This document shows positions 11,195 through 24,968 of a stretch of 64,000 bases of DNA, piece by piece. The stretch's first letter is position 1; each line of letters opens with the position of its first letter. Made by a program: the position numbers and the translations under genes. The notes below the pieces were generated by a model that searched no databases, had not been told where the DNA came from, and saw nothing but the letters and a program-made list of their open reading frames with translations. Source of the DNA: Eledone cirrhosa (lineage: Eukaryota); the NCBI GenBank assembly GCA_964016885.1, contig OZ024741.1, forward strand, positions 257,796,001 to 257,860,000, written 5' to 3'.

Positions 11195-13884
11195 GTTTCG
11201 CTTTACGAGTGTTTCGACTTACGAGTGTTTCGACATACGAGTGTTTCGACTTACGAATGTTTTTGTTTACGGGTGTTTCGACTTACGAATGTTTTTGCTT
11301 ACGAGTGTTTCGGTTTACGAGTGTTCCGACTTACGAGTGTTCCGACATACGAGTGTTACGGCTTACGAGTGTTTCCGGCTTACGAGTGTTTCGACTTACG
11401 AGTGTTTCGACTTACGAGTGTTTCGACTTACGGTGTTTCGGCTTACGAGTAATTAGACTTACGAGTGTTTTGACTTACGGGTGTTTTGACTTACGGGTGT
11501 TGTGAATTACGAGTGTTCCGATTTACGAGTGTTTTGACTTACGGTGTTTCGGCTTGCGAGTGATTCGACTTACGAATGTTTTGACTTACGGGTGTTTCGG
11601 CTTATGAGTGGTTCGACTTACTAATGATTTTACTTACGAGTGTTTCGGCGTACGAGTGTTTTGACTTACGAGTGTTTCGGCTTACGAGTGTTTCGACTTA
11701 CGAGTGTTTCGGCTTGCGAGTGTTTCGACTTACTAATGTTTTTACTTACGAGTGTTTCGGCGTACGAGTGTTTCGACTTACGAGTGTTTTGACTTATGGG
11801 TGTTTCGACTTACGAGTGTTTCGACTTACGAGTGTTTCGACTTAAGAGTGTTTCGGATTACGAGTGTTTTGACTTGAGGGTGTTTCGACTTACGAGTGTT
11901 TCGATACGAGTGTTTCGACTTACGAGTGTTCTGACTTACGAGTGTTCTGATTTACGGATGTTTCGACACACGAGTGTTTCGAATTACGAGTGTTTCGACT
12001 TACGAGTGTTTTGACTTACGGGTGTTTTGACATACGAGTGTTTCGATACGAGTGTTTCGACTTACGAGTGTTCTGACTTACGAGTGTTCTGACTTACGAG
12101 TGTTCTAACTTACGAGTGTTCTTACTTACGAGTGTTCCGACTTACGAGTGTTCCGACTTACGAGTGTTTCGGCTTACCAGTGTTTTGATTTACGAGTGTT
12201 TTGACTTACGGGTGCTTCGACTTACGCGTGTTTCGACTTACGAGTGTTTTGACTTACGAGTGTTTCGACTTACGATTGTTTCGGCTTACGAGTGTTTTGA
12301 CTTACGAGTGTTCTGACTACGAGTGTTCTGACTTACGAGTGTTCCGACTTACGAGTGTTTCGGCTTATGAGTGTTTCGACTTACGAGTGCTTCGACTTAC
12401 GAGTGTTTCGGCTTACGGGTGTTTCGACTTACGAATGTTTTTGCTTACGAGTGTTTCGGCTTACGAGTGTTTAGGCTTATGAGTGTTTCGACTTACGAGT
12501 GTTTTGACTTACGGGTGTTTTGACATACGAGTGTTTCGATACGAGTGTTCTGACTTACGAGTGTTTCCGCTTACGAGTTTTTCGGCTTACGAGTGTTTCG
12601 ACTTACTAATGTTTTTACTTACGAGTGTTTCGGTGTACGAGTGTTTCGACGTAAGGATGTTTCGACTTACGGGTGTTTCGGCTTACGAGTCTTTATACTT
12701 ACGAGTGTTTTGTCTTACGAGTGTTCTGACTTACGAGTGTTCTGACTTATGAGTGTTCCGACTTACGAGTGTTCCGACTTACGAGTGTTTCGGCTTATGA
12801 GTGTTTCGACTTACGGGCGTTTCGACTTACGGGTGTTTCGACTTACGAGTGTTTTGACTTACGAGTGTTCTGACTTACGAGTGTTCTGACTTACGAGTGT
12901 TCCGACTTACGACTGTTTCGACTTACGAGTGTTTTGACTTACGAGTGTTCCGACTTACGAGTGTTTCGGCTTACGGGTGTTTCGACGTACGAGTATTTTT
13001 GGCTTACGAGTGTTTCGACTTACGAGTGTTTTGAATTACGATTGTTTCGGCTTACCAGTGTTTCGACTTACGAGTATTTCGACTTACGAGTGTTTTGACT
13101 TATGGGTGTTTGACATACGAGTGTTTCGATACCAATGCTCTGACTTACGAGTGTTCTGACTTACGAGTGTTCTGACTTACGAGTGTTCTGACTTACGGGT
13201 GTTCTGACTTACGTGTGTTCCGACTTACGAGTGTTTCGGCTATGGGTGTTTCGACTTACGAGTGTTTCGACTTACGAATGTTTTGGCTTACGAGTGTTTC
13301 GGCTTACGAGTGTATCGACTTACGAATGTTTTGGCTTACGAGTGTTTCGGCTTACGGGTGTTTCGACTTACGAGTGTTTCGACTTACGAGTGTTTTGACT
13401 AACGGTGTTTCGGCTTACGAGTTATTCGACATACGAGTGTTTCGACTTACGAGTGTTTCGACTTATGAGTGTTTCGACTTACGAGTGTTCTGACTTACGA
13501 GTGTGCTGACTTACGAGTGTTCCGACTTACGAGTGTTTAGGTTTACGAGTGTTTCGACACATGAGTGTTTTGACTTACGGGTGTTTCGACTTACGAGTGT
13601 TTCGGCTTACGAGTGTTTCGACTTACTAATGTTTTTACTTACGAGTGTTTCGGCGTACGAGAGTTTTGACTTACGAGTGTTTCGACTTACGAGTGTTTCG
13701 ACTTACGAATGTTTTGACTTACGGGTGTTTCGGCTTACGAGTGTTTCGACTTACGAGTGTTTCGGCTGGCGAGTGTTTCGACTTACGAGTGTTTTGACTT
13801 AAGGGTGTTTCGACTTACGAGTGTTTCGACTTACGAGTGTTTCGACTTACGAGTGTTTCGGCTTACGAGTGTTTCGACTTACGA

Positions 13885-13953
13885 AAATAACAAATAGACG
13901 CGGTTTCAAATCTCTATGCTTTTCAAATTCATTACATTAATCTTTATTTATAC
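13885..13953 (+). repeat. 69-bp AT-rich island, copy 4 (context A)
   Basis: Matches island consensus. Confidence 0.97.
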
Positions 13954-16900
13954 GTTTCGCTTTACGAGTGTTTCGACTTACGAGTGTTTCGACATACGAG
14001 TGTTTCGACTTACGAATGTTTTTGCTTACGGGTGTTTCGACTTACGAATGTTTTTGCTTACGAGTGTTTCGGTTTACGAGTGTTCCGACTTACGAGTGTT
14101 CCGACATACGAGTGTTTCGGCTTACGAATGTTTCCGGCTTACGAGTGTTTCGACTTACGAGTGTTTCGACTTACGAGTGTTTCGACTTACGGTGTTTCGG
14201 CTTACGAGTGATTAGACTTACGAGTGTTTTGACTTACAGGTGTTTTGACTTACGGGTGTTGTGAATTACGAGTGTTCCGATTTACGAGTGTTTTGACTTA
14301 CGGTGTTTCGGCTTACGAGTGATTCGACTTACGAATGTTTTGACTTACGGGTGTTTCGGCTTATGAGTGGTTCGACTTACTAATGATTTTACTTACGAGT
14401 GTTTCGGCGTACGAGTGTTTTGACTTACGAGTGTTTCGGCTTACGAGTGTTTCGACTTACGATTGTTTCGGCTTGCGAGTGTTTCGACTTACTAATGTTT
14501 TTACTTACGAGTGTTTCGGCGTACGAGTGTTTCGACTTACGAGTGTTTTGACTTATGGGTGTTTGGACTTACGAGTGTTTCGACTTACGAGTGTTTCGAC
14601 TTAAGAGTGTTTCGGATTACGAGTGTTTTGACTTGAGGGTGTTTCGACTTACGAGTGTTTCGATACGAGTGTTTCGACTTACGAGTGTTCTGACTTACGA
14701 GTGTTCTGATTTACGGATGTTTCGTCACACGAGTGTTTCGAATTACGAGTGTTTCGACTTACGAGTGTTTTGACTTACGGGTGTTTTGACATACGAGTGT
14801 TTCGATACGAGTGTTTCGACTTACGAGTGTTCTGACTTACGAGTGTTCTGACCTACGAGTGTTCTGACTTACGGGTGTTCTGACTTACGTGTGTTCCGAC
14901 TTACGAGTGTTTCGGCTATGGGTGTTTCGACTTACGAGTGTTTCGACTTACGAATGTTTTGGCTTACGAGTGTTTCGGCTTACGAGTGTTTCGACTTACG
15001 AAAGTTTTGGCTTACGAGTGTTTCGGCTTACGGGTGTTTCGACTAATGAGTGTTTCGACTTACGAGTGTTTTGACTTACGGGTGTTTCGGCTTACGAGTT
15101 ATTCGACATACGAGTGTTTCGACTTACGGGTGTTTCGACTTACGAGTGTTTCATCTTAGGAGTGTTCTGACTTACGAGTGTTCTGACTTACGAGTGTTCC
15201 GACTTACGAGTGTTTCGGTTTACGAGTGTTTCGACACACGAGTGTTTTGACTTACGGGGGTTTCGACTTACGGGTGTTTCGACTTACGAGTGTTTCGGCT
15301 TACGAGTGTTTCGACTTACTAATGTTTTTACTTACGAGTGTTTCGGTGTACCAGTGTTTCGACTTAAGGATGTTTCGACTTACGAGTGTTTCGACTTACG
15401 AGTGTTTCGGCTTGCGTGAGTTTCGACTTAATGGTGTTTTGACTTACGGGTGTTGTGAATTACGAGTGTTCCGATTTACGAGTGTTTTGACTTACGGTGT
15501 TTCGGCTTACAAGTGATTCGACTTATGAATGTTTTGACTTACGGGTGTTTCGGCTTGCGAGTGTTTCGACTTACGAGTGTTTCGGCTTATGAGTGTTTCG
15601 ACTTACTAATGTTTTTACTTACGAGTGTTTCGGCGTACGAGTGTTTTGACTTACGAGTGTTTCGACTTACGAGTGTTTTGACTTACGGGTGTTTCGGCTT
15701 ACGAGTGTTTCGACTTACGAGTGTTTCGGCTGGCGAGTGTTTCGACTTACGAGTGTTTTGACTTAAGGGTGTTTCGACTTACGAGTGTTTCGACATACGA
15801 GTGTTTCGACTTACGAATGTTTTTGTTTACGGGTGTTTCGACTTACGAATGTTTTTGCTTACGAGTGTTTCGGTTTACGAGTGTTCCGACTTACGAGTGT
15901 TCCGACATACGAGTGTTTCGGCTTACGAGTGTTTCCGGCTTACGAGTGTTTCGACTTACGAGTGTTTCGACTTACGAGTGTTTCGACTTACGGTGTTTCG
16001 GCTTACGAGTAATTAGACTTACGAGTGTTTTGACTTACGGGTGTTTTGACTTACGGGTGTTGTGAATTACGAGTGTTCCGATTTACGAGTGTTTTGACTT
16101 ACGGTGTTTCGGCTTGCGAGTGATTCGACTTACGAATGTTTTGACTTACGGGTGTTTCGGCTTATGAGTGGTTCGACTTACTAATGATTTTACTTACGAG
16201 TGTTTCGGCGTACGAGTGTTTTGACTTACGAGTGTTTCGGCTTACGAGTGTTTCGACTTACGAGTGTTTCGGCTTGCGAGTGTTTCGACTTACTAATGTT
16301 TTTACTTACGAGTGTTTCGGCGTACGAGTGTTTCGACTTACGAGTGTTTTGACTTATGGGTGTTTCGACTTACGAGTGTTTCGACTTACGAGTGTTTCGA
16401 CTTAAGAGTGTTTCGGATTACGAGTGTTTTGACTTGAGGGTGTTTCGACTTACGAGTGTTTCGATACGAGTGTTTCGACTTACGAGTGTTCTGACTTACG
16501 AGTGTTCTGATTTACGGATGTTTCGACACACGAGTGTTTCGAATTACGAGTGTTTCGACTTACGAGTGTTTTGACTTACGGGTGTTTTGACATACGAGTG
16601 TTTCGATACGAGTGTTTCGACTTACGAGTGTTCTGACTTACGAGTGTTCTGACTTACGAGTGTTCTAACTTACGAGTGTTCTTACTTACGAGTGTTCCGA
16701 CTTACGAGTGTTCCGACTTACGAGTGTTTCGGCTTACCAGTGTTTTGATTTACGAGTGTTTTGACTTACGGGTGCTTCGACTTACGCGTGTTTCGACTTA
16801 CGAGTGTTTTGACTTACGAGTGTTTCGACTTACGATTGTTTCGGCTTACGAGTGTTTTGACTTACGAGTGTTCTGACTACGAGTGTTCTGACTTACGGGT

Positions 16901-17264
16901 GTTCTGACTTACGAGTGTTCCGACTTACGAGTGTTTCGGCTTATGAGTGTTTCGACTTACGAGTGCTTCGACTTACGAGTGTTTCGGCTTACGGGTGTTT
17001 CGACTTACGAATGTTTTTGCTTACGAGTGTTTCGGCTTACGAGTGTTTAGGCTTATGAGTGTTTCGACTTACGAGTGTTTTGACTTACGGGTGTTTTGAC
17101 ATACGAGTGTTTCGATACGAGTGTTCTGACTTACGAGTGTTTCCGCTTACGAGTTTTTCGGCTTACGAGTGTTTCGACTTACTAATGTTTTTACTTACGA
17201 GTGTTTCGGTGTACGAGTGTTTCGACGTAAGGATGTTTCGACTTACGGGTGTTTCGGCTTACGA

Positions 17265-19300
17265 GTGTTTCGACTTACGAGTGTTTTGACTTACGAGTGT
17301 TCTGACTTACGAGTGTTCTGACTTATGAGTGTTCCGACTTACGAGTGTTCCGACTTACGAGTGTTTCGGCTTATGAGTGTTTCGACTTACGGGCGTTTCG
17401 ACTTACGGGTGTTTCGACTTACGAGTGTTTTGACTTACGAGTGTTCTGACTTACGAGTGTTCTGACTTACGAGTGTTCCGACTTACGACTGCTTCGACTT
17501 ACGAGTGTTTTGACTTACGAGTGTTCCGACTTACGAGTGTTTCGGCTTACGGGTGTTTCGACGTACGAGTATTTTTGGCTTACGAGTGTTTCGACTTACG
17601 AGTGTTTTGAATTACGATTGTTTCGGCTTACCAGTGTTTCGACTTACGAGTATTTCGACTTACGAGTGTTTTGACTTATGGGTGTTTGACATACGAGTGT
17701 TTCGATACGAATGCTCTGACTTACGAGTGTTCTGACTTACGAGTGTTCTGACTTACGAGTGTTCTGACTTACGGGTGTTCTGACTTACGTGTGTTCCGAC
17801 TTACGAGTGTTTCGGCTATGGGTGTTTCGACTTACGAGTGTTTCGACTTACGAATGTTTTGGCTTACGAGTGTTTCGGCTTACGAGTGTATCGACTTACG
17901 AATGTTTTGGCTTACGAGTGTTTCGGCTTACGGGTGTTTCGACTTACGAGTGTTTCGACTTACGAGTGTTTTGACTTACGGTGTTTCGGCTTACGAGTTA
18001 TTCGACATACGAGTGTTTCGACTTACGGGTGTTTCGACTTACGGGTGTTTCGACTTATGAGTGTTTCGACTTACGAGTGTTCTGACTTACGAGTGTGCTG
18101 ACTTACGAGTGTTCCGACTTACGAGTGTTTAGGTTTACGAGTGTTTCGACACATGAGTGTTTTGACTTACGGGTGTTTCGACTTACGAGTGTTTCGGCTT
18201 ACGAGTGTTTCGACTTACTAATGTTTTTACTTACGAGTGTTTCGGCCTACGAGAGTTTTGACTTACGAGTGTTTCGACTTACGAGTGTTTCGACTTACGA
18301 GTGTTTCGACTTACGAGTGTTTTGACTTACGAGTGTTCTGACTTACGAGTGTTCTGACTTATGAGTGTTCCGACTTACGAGTGTTCCGACTTACGAGTGT
18401 TTCGGCTTATGAGTGTTTCGACTTACGGGCGTTTCGACTTACGGGTGTTTCGACTTACGAGTGTTTTGACTTACGAGTGTTCTGACTTACGAGTGTTTTG
18501 ACTTACGAGTGTTCCGACTTACGAGTGTTTCGGCTTACGGGTGTTTCGACGTACGAGTATTTTTGGCTTACGAGTGTTTCGACTTACGAGTGTTTTGAAT
18601 TACGATTGTTTCGGCTTACGAGTGTTTCGACTTACGAGTATTTCGACTTACGAGTGTTTTGACTTATGGGTGTTTGACATACGAGTGTTTCGATACGAAT
18701 GCTCTGACTTACGAGTGTTCTGACTTACGAGTGTTCTGACTTACGAGTGTTCTGACTTACGGGTGTTCTGACTTACGTGTGTTCCGACTTACGAGTGTTT
18801 CGGCTATGGGTGTTTCGACTTACGAGTGTTTCGACTTACGAATGTTTTGGCTTACGAGTGTTTCGGCTTACGAGTGTATCGACTTACGAATGTTTTGGCT
18901 TACGAGTGTTTCGGCTTACGGGTGTTTCGACTTACGAGTGTTTCGACTTACGAGTGTTTTGACTTACGGTGTTTCGGCTTACGAGTTATTCGACATACGA
19001 GTGTTTCGACTTACGGGTGTTTCGACTTACGGGTGTTTCGACTTATGAGTGTTTCGACTTACGAGTGTTCTGACTTACGAGTGTGCTGACTTACGAGTGT
19101 TCCGACTTACGAGTGTTTAGGTTTACGAGTGTTTCGACACATGAGTGTTTTGACTTACGGGTGTTTCGACTTACGGGTGTTTCGACTTACGAGTGTTTCG
19201 GCTTACGAGTGTTTCGACTTACTAATGTTTTTACTTACGAGTGTTTCGGCGTACGAGAGTTTTGACTTACGAGTGTTTCGACTTACGAGTGTTTCGACTT
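17265..19300 (+). repeat. Higher-order tandem duplication, ~1-kb unit
   Basis: Offset 988 at 17553/18541, 17789/18777 and 18095/19083. Boundaries approximate. Confidence 0.85.
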
Positions 19301-20485
19301 ACGAGTGTTTCGGCTTATGAGTGTTTCGACTTACGAGTGTTTCGGCTTACGAGTGTTTCACCTTATGGGTGTTTCGACTTACGAGTGTTTTTACTTATGG
19401 TGTTTCGGCTTCCGAGTGTTTCGACATACGAGTGTTTTGACTTACGGGTGTTTCGGCTTACGAGTGTTTCGACTTACGAGTGTTTCGGCTTACGAGTGTT
19501 TCGACTTACTAATGTTTTTACTTACGAGTGTTTCGGCGTACGAGAGTTTTGACTTACGAGTGTTTCGACTTACGAGTGTTTCGACTTACGAGTATTTTGA
19601 CTTACGAATGTTTTGACTTACGGGTGTTTCGGCTTACGAGTGTTTCGACTTACGAGTCTTTCGGCTTACGAGTCTTTCGACTTACCAATGTTTTGGCTTA
19701 CGAGTGTTTCGGCTTACGAGTGTTTCACCTTATGGGTGTTTCGACTTACGAGTGTTTTTACTTATGGTGTTTCGGCTTCCGAGTGTTTCGACATACGAGT
19801 GTTTCGACTTACGGGTGTTTCGACTTACGGGTGTTTCGACTTACGAGTGTTTCAACTTACGAGTGTTCTGACTCACGAGTGTTCTGACTTACGAGTGTTC
19901 CGACTTACGAGTGTTTCGGTTTACGAGTGTTTCGACACACGAGTGTTTTGACTTACGGGGGTTTCGACTTACGGGTGTTTCGACTTACGAGTGTTTCGGC
20001 TTACGAGTGTTTCGACTTACTAATGTTTTTACTTACGAGTGTTTCGGTGTACGAGTGTTTCGACTTAAGGATGTTTCGACTTACGAGTGTTTCGACTTAC
20101 GAGTGTTTCGGCTTACGTGAGTTTCGACTTAATGGTGTTTTGACTTACGGGTGTTGTGAATTACGAGTGTTCCGATTTACGAGTGTTTTGACTTACGGTG
20201 TTTCGGCTTACATAATATTCGACTTACGAATGTTTTGACTTACGGGTGTTTCGGCGTACGAGTGTTTTGACTTACGAGTGTTTCGACTTACCAGTGTTTT
20301 GACTTACGAATGTTTTGACTTACGGGTGTTTCGGCTTACGAGTGTTTCGACTTACGAGTGTTTCGGCTGGCGAGTGTTTCGACTTACGAGTGTTTTGACT
20401 TAAGGGTGTTTCGACTTACGAGTGTTTCGACTTACGAGTGTTTCGACTTACGAGTGTTTCGGCTTACGAGTGTTTCGACTTACGA

Positions 20486-20554
20486 AAATAACAAATAGAC
20501 GCGGTTTCAAATCTCTATGCTTTTCAAATTCATTACATTAATCTTTATTTATAC
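20486..20554 (+). repeat. 69-bp AT-rich island, copy 5 (context A)
   Basis: Matches island consensus. Confidence 0.97.
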
Positions 20555-23373
20555 GTTTCGCTTTACGAGTGTTTCGACTTACGAGTGTTTCGACATACGA
20601 GTGTTTCGACTTACGAATGTTTTTGCTTACGGGTGTTTCGACTTACGAATGTTTTTGCTTACGAGTGTTTCGGTTTACGAGTGTTCCGACTTACGAGTGT
20701 TCCGACATACGAGTGTTTCGGCTTACGAATGTTTCCGGCTTACGAGTGTTTCGACTTACGAGTGTTTCGACTTACGAGTGTTTCGACTTACGGGTGTTTT
20801 GACTTACGGGTGTTGTGAATTACGAGTGTTCCGATTTACGAGTGTTTTGACTTACGGTGTTTCGGCTTACGAGTGATTCGACTTACGAATGTTTTGACTT
20901 ACGGGTGTTTCGGCTTATGAGTGGTTCGACTTACTAATGATTTTACTTACGAGTGTTTCGGCGTACGAGTGTTTTGACTTACGAGTGTTTCGGCTTACGA
21001 GTGTTTCGACTTACGAGTGTTTCGGCTTGCGAGTGTTTCGACTTACTAATGTTTTTACTTACGAGTGTTTCGGCGTACGAGTGTTTCGACTTACGAGTGT
21101 TTTGACTTATGGGTGTTTGGACTTACGAGTGTTTCGACTTACGAGTGTTTCGATACGAGTGTTTCGACTTACGAGTGTTCTGACTTACGAGTGTTCTCAT
21201 TTACGGATGTTTCGACACACGAGTGTTTCGAATTACGAGTGTTTCGACTTACGAGTGTTTTGACTTACGGGTGTTTTGACATACGAGTGTTTCGATACGA
21301 GTGTTTCGACTTACGAGTGTTCTGACTTACGAGTGTTCTGACTTACGTGTGTTCTGACTTACGAGTGTTCTTACTTACGAGGGTTCCGACTTACGAGTGT
21401 TCCGACTTACGAGTGTTTCGGCTTACGAGTGTTTTGATTTACGAGTGTTTTGACTTACGGGTGCTTCGACTTACGCGTGTTTCGACTTACGAGTGTTTCG
21501 ACTTACGAGTGTTTCGACTTACGATTGTTTCGGCTTACGAGTGTTTTGACTTACGAGTGTTCTGACTACGAGTGTTCTGACTTACGGGTGTTCTGACTTA
21601 CGAGTGTTCCGACTTACGAGTGTTTCGGCTTATGAGTGTTTCGACTTACGAGTGCTTCGACTTACGAGTGTTTCGGCTTACGGGTGTTTCGACTTACGAA
21701 TGTTTTTGCTTACGAGTTTTTCGGCTTACGAGTGTTTAGGCTTATGAGTGTTTCGACTTACGAGTGTTTTGACTTACGGGTGTTTTGACATACGAGTGTT
21801 TCGATACGAGTGTTCTGACTTACGAGTGTTTCCGCTTACGAGTGTTTCGGCTTACGAGTGTTTCGACTTACTAATGTTTTTACTTACGAGTGTTTCGGTG
21901 TACGAGTGTTTCGACTTAAGGATGTTTCGACTTACGGGTGTTTCGGCTTACGAGTGTTTCGACTTACGAGTGTTTTGACTTACGAGTGTTCTGACTTACG
22001 AGTGTTCTGACTTATGAGTGTTCCGACTTACGAGTGTTCCGACTTACGAGTGTTTCGGCTTATGAGTGTTTCGACTTACGGGCGTTTCGACTTACGGGTG
22101 TTTCGACTTACGAGTGTTTTGACTTACGAGTGTTCTGACTTACGAGTGTTCTGACTTACGAGTGTTCCGACTTACGACTGTTTAGACTTACGAGTGTTTT
22201 GACTTACGAGTGTTCCGACTTACGAGTGTTTCGGCTTACGGGTGTTTCGACGTACGAGTATTTTTGGCTTATGAGTGTTTCGACTTACGAGTGTTTTGAA
22301 TTACGACTGTTTCGGCTTACGAGTGTTTCGACTTATGAGTATTTCGACTTACGAGTGTTTTGACTTATGGGTGTTTGACATACGAGTGTTTCGATACGAA
22401 TGCTCTGACTTACGAGTGTTCTGACTTACGAGTGTTCTGACTTACGAGTGTTCTGACTTACGGGTGTTCTGACTTACGTGTGTTCCGACTTACGAGTGTT
22501 TCGGCTATGGGTGTTTCGACTTACGAGTGTTTCGACTTACTAATGTTTTGGCTTACGAGTGTTTCGGCTTACGAGTGTATCGACTTACGAATGTTTTGGC
22601 TTAAGAGTGTTTCGGCTTACGGGTGTTTCGACTTACGAGTGTTTCGACTTACGAGTTATTCGACATACGAGTGTTTCGACTTACGGGTGTTTCGACTTAC
22701 GGGTGTTTCGACTTATGAGTGTTTCGACTTACGAGTGTTCTGACTTACGAGTGTGCTGACTTACGAGTGTTCCGACTTACGAGTGTTTAGGTTTACGAGA
22801 GTTTCGACACATGAGTGTTTTGACTTACGGGTGTTTCGACTTAAGGGTGTTTCGACTTACGAGTGTTTCGGCTTACGAGTGTTTCGACTTACTAATGTTT
22901 TTACTTACGAGTGTTTCGGCGTACGAGAGTTTTGACTTACGAGTGTTTCGACTTACGAGTGTTTCGACTTACGAGTGTTTCGGCTTATGAGTGTTTCGAC
23001 TTACGAGTGTTTCGGCTTACGAGTGTTTCACCTTATGGGTGTTTCGACTTACGAGTGTTTTTACTTATGGTGTTTCGGCTTCCGAGTGTTTCGACATACG
23101 AGTGTTTTGACTTACGGGTGTTTCGGCTTACGAGTGTTTCGACTTACGAGTGTTTCGGCTTACGAGTGTTTCGACTTACTAATGTTTTTACTTACGAGTG
23201 TTTCGGCGTACGAGAGTTTTGACTTACGAGTGTTTCGACTTACGAGTGTTTCGACTTACGAGTATTTTGACTTACGAATGTTTTGACTTACGGGTGTTTC
23301 GGCTTACGAGTGTTTCGACTTACGAGTCTTTCGGCTTACGAGTGTTTCGGCTCACGAGTGTTTCGACTTACGA

Positions 23374-23442
23374 AAATAACAAATAGACGCGGTTTCAAAT
23401 CTCTATGCTTTTCAAATTCATTACATTAATCTTTATTTATAC
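23374..23442 (+). repeat. 69-bp AT-rich island, copy 6 (context B)
   Basis: Matches island consensus. Confidence 0.97.
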
Positions 23443-24285
23443 GTTTCGCTTTACGAGTGTTTCGACTTACGAGTGTTTCGACTTACGAGTGTTTCGGCTT
23501 ACGAGTGTTTTGACTTACGAGTGTTTTGACTTACATGTGTTTCGACTTACGCGTGTTTCAACTTACGAGTGTTTCGACTTGCGAGTGTTTCGACTACGGG
23601 TGTTTCGACTTACGAATGTTTTGACTTACGGATGTTTTGACTTACGGGTGTTTCGGCTTACGAGTGTTTCGACTTACGAGTCTTTCGGCTTACGAGTGTT
23701 TCGACTTACTAATGTTTTTACTTACGAGTGTTTCGGCGTACGAGTGTTTCGACTTACGAGTGTTTCGACTTACGGGTGTTTTGACTTACGGGTGTTTCGG
23801 CTTACGAGTGATTTGACTTAAGGGTGTTTCGACTTACGAGTATTTTGGGCTTACGAGTGTTTTGACTTACGAGTGTTTTGACTTACGAGTGTTCTGATTT
23901 ACGGATGTTTCGACATACGAGTGTTCAGACTTACGAGTGTTCCGACTTACGAGTGTTTCGGCTTACGAGTGTTTCGGCTCACGAGTGTTTCGACTTACGA
24001 GTGTTTCGACTTACGAGTGTTTTGACTTACGGTGTTTCGGCTTACGAGTGTTTCGACTTACGAGTGTTTTGACTTACGAGTGTTCTAACTTACGAGTGTT
24101 CTGACTTACGAGTGTTCTGACTTACGAGTGTTTCGATACGAGTGTTTCGACTTACGAGTGTACTGACTTACGAGTGTTCTAACTTACGAGTGTTCTGACT
24201 TACGAGTGTTCTGACGTACGAGTGTTCCGACTTACGAGTGTTTCGGCTCACGAGTGTTTCGGCTTACGAGTGTTTCGACTTACGA

Positions 24286-24354
24286 AAATAACAAATAGAC
24301 GCGGTTTCAAATCTCTATGCTTTTCAAATTCATTACATTAATCTTTATTTATAC
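24286..24354 (+). repeat. 69-bp AT-rich island, copy 7 (context B)
   Basis: Matches island consensus. Confidence 0.97.
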
Positions 24355-24899
24355 GTTTCGCTTTACGAGTGTTTCGACTTACGAGTGTTTCGACTTACGA
24401 GTGTTTCGGCTTACGAGTGTTTTGACTTACGAGTGTTTTGACTTACATGTGTTTCGACTTACGCGTGTTTCGACTTACGAGTGTTTCGACTTGCGAGTGT
24501 TTCGACTACGGGTGTTTCGACTTACGAATGTTTTGACTTACGGATGTTTTGACTTACGGGTGTTTCGGCTTACGAGTGTTTCGACTTACGAGTGTTTCGA
24601 CTTACGAGTGTTTTGACTTACGAGTGTTTTGACTTACGGTGTTTCGGCTTACGAGTGTTTCGACTTACGAGTGTTTCGACTTACGGGTGTTTTGACATAC
24701 GAGTGTTTCGATACGAGTGTTCTGACTTACGAGTGTTCTGACTTACGAGTGTTCTGACTTACGAGTGTTCTTACTTACGAGTGTTCTGACATACGTGTGT
24801 TCTGACTTGCGATTTACGAGTGTTTCGGCTTATGAGTGTTTCGACTTACGAATGTTTTTGCTTACGAGTGTTTCGGCTTACGAGTGTTTCGACTTACGA

Positions 24900-24968
24900 T
24901 AATAACAAATAGACGCGGTTTCAAATCTCTATGCTTTTCAAATTCATTACATTAATCTTTATTTACAC
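24900..24968 (+). repeat. 69-bp AT-rich island, copy 8 (context C)
   Basis: First base A>T; ends TTTACAC instead of TTTATAC. Confidence 0.97.

Larger units (their letters stand above)
3050..15200 (+). repeat. Higher-order tandem duplication, ~6016-bp unit (~3050-9065 and ~9066-15200)
   Basis: Matching rare variants and ORF-track offsets of 6016 (3296/9312, 5141/11157, 7900/13916), changing to 6158 after a 142-bp indel (8731/14889). Boundaries approximate. Confidence 0.92.

Noticed and set aside
3050-15200. 6016 = 376 x 16 as evidence of selected phase maintenance
   Set aside because: The unit contains two 83-bp island units and many indel monomers. Other duplication offsets (7354, 988, 1402, 1852, 2764) are not multiples of 16, so this is probably coincidence.
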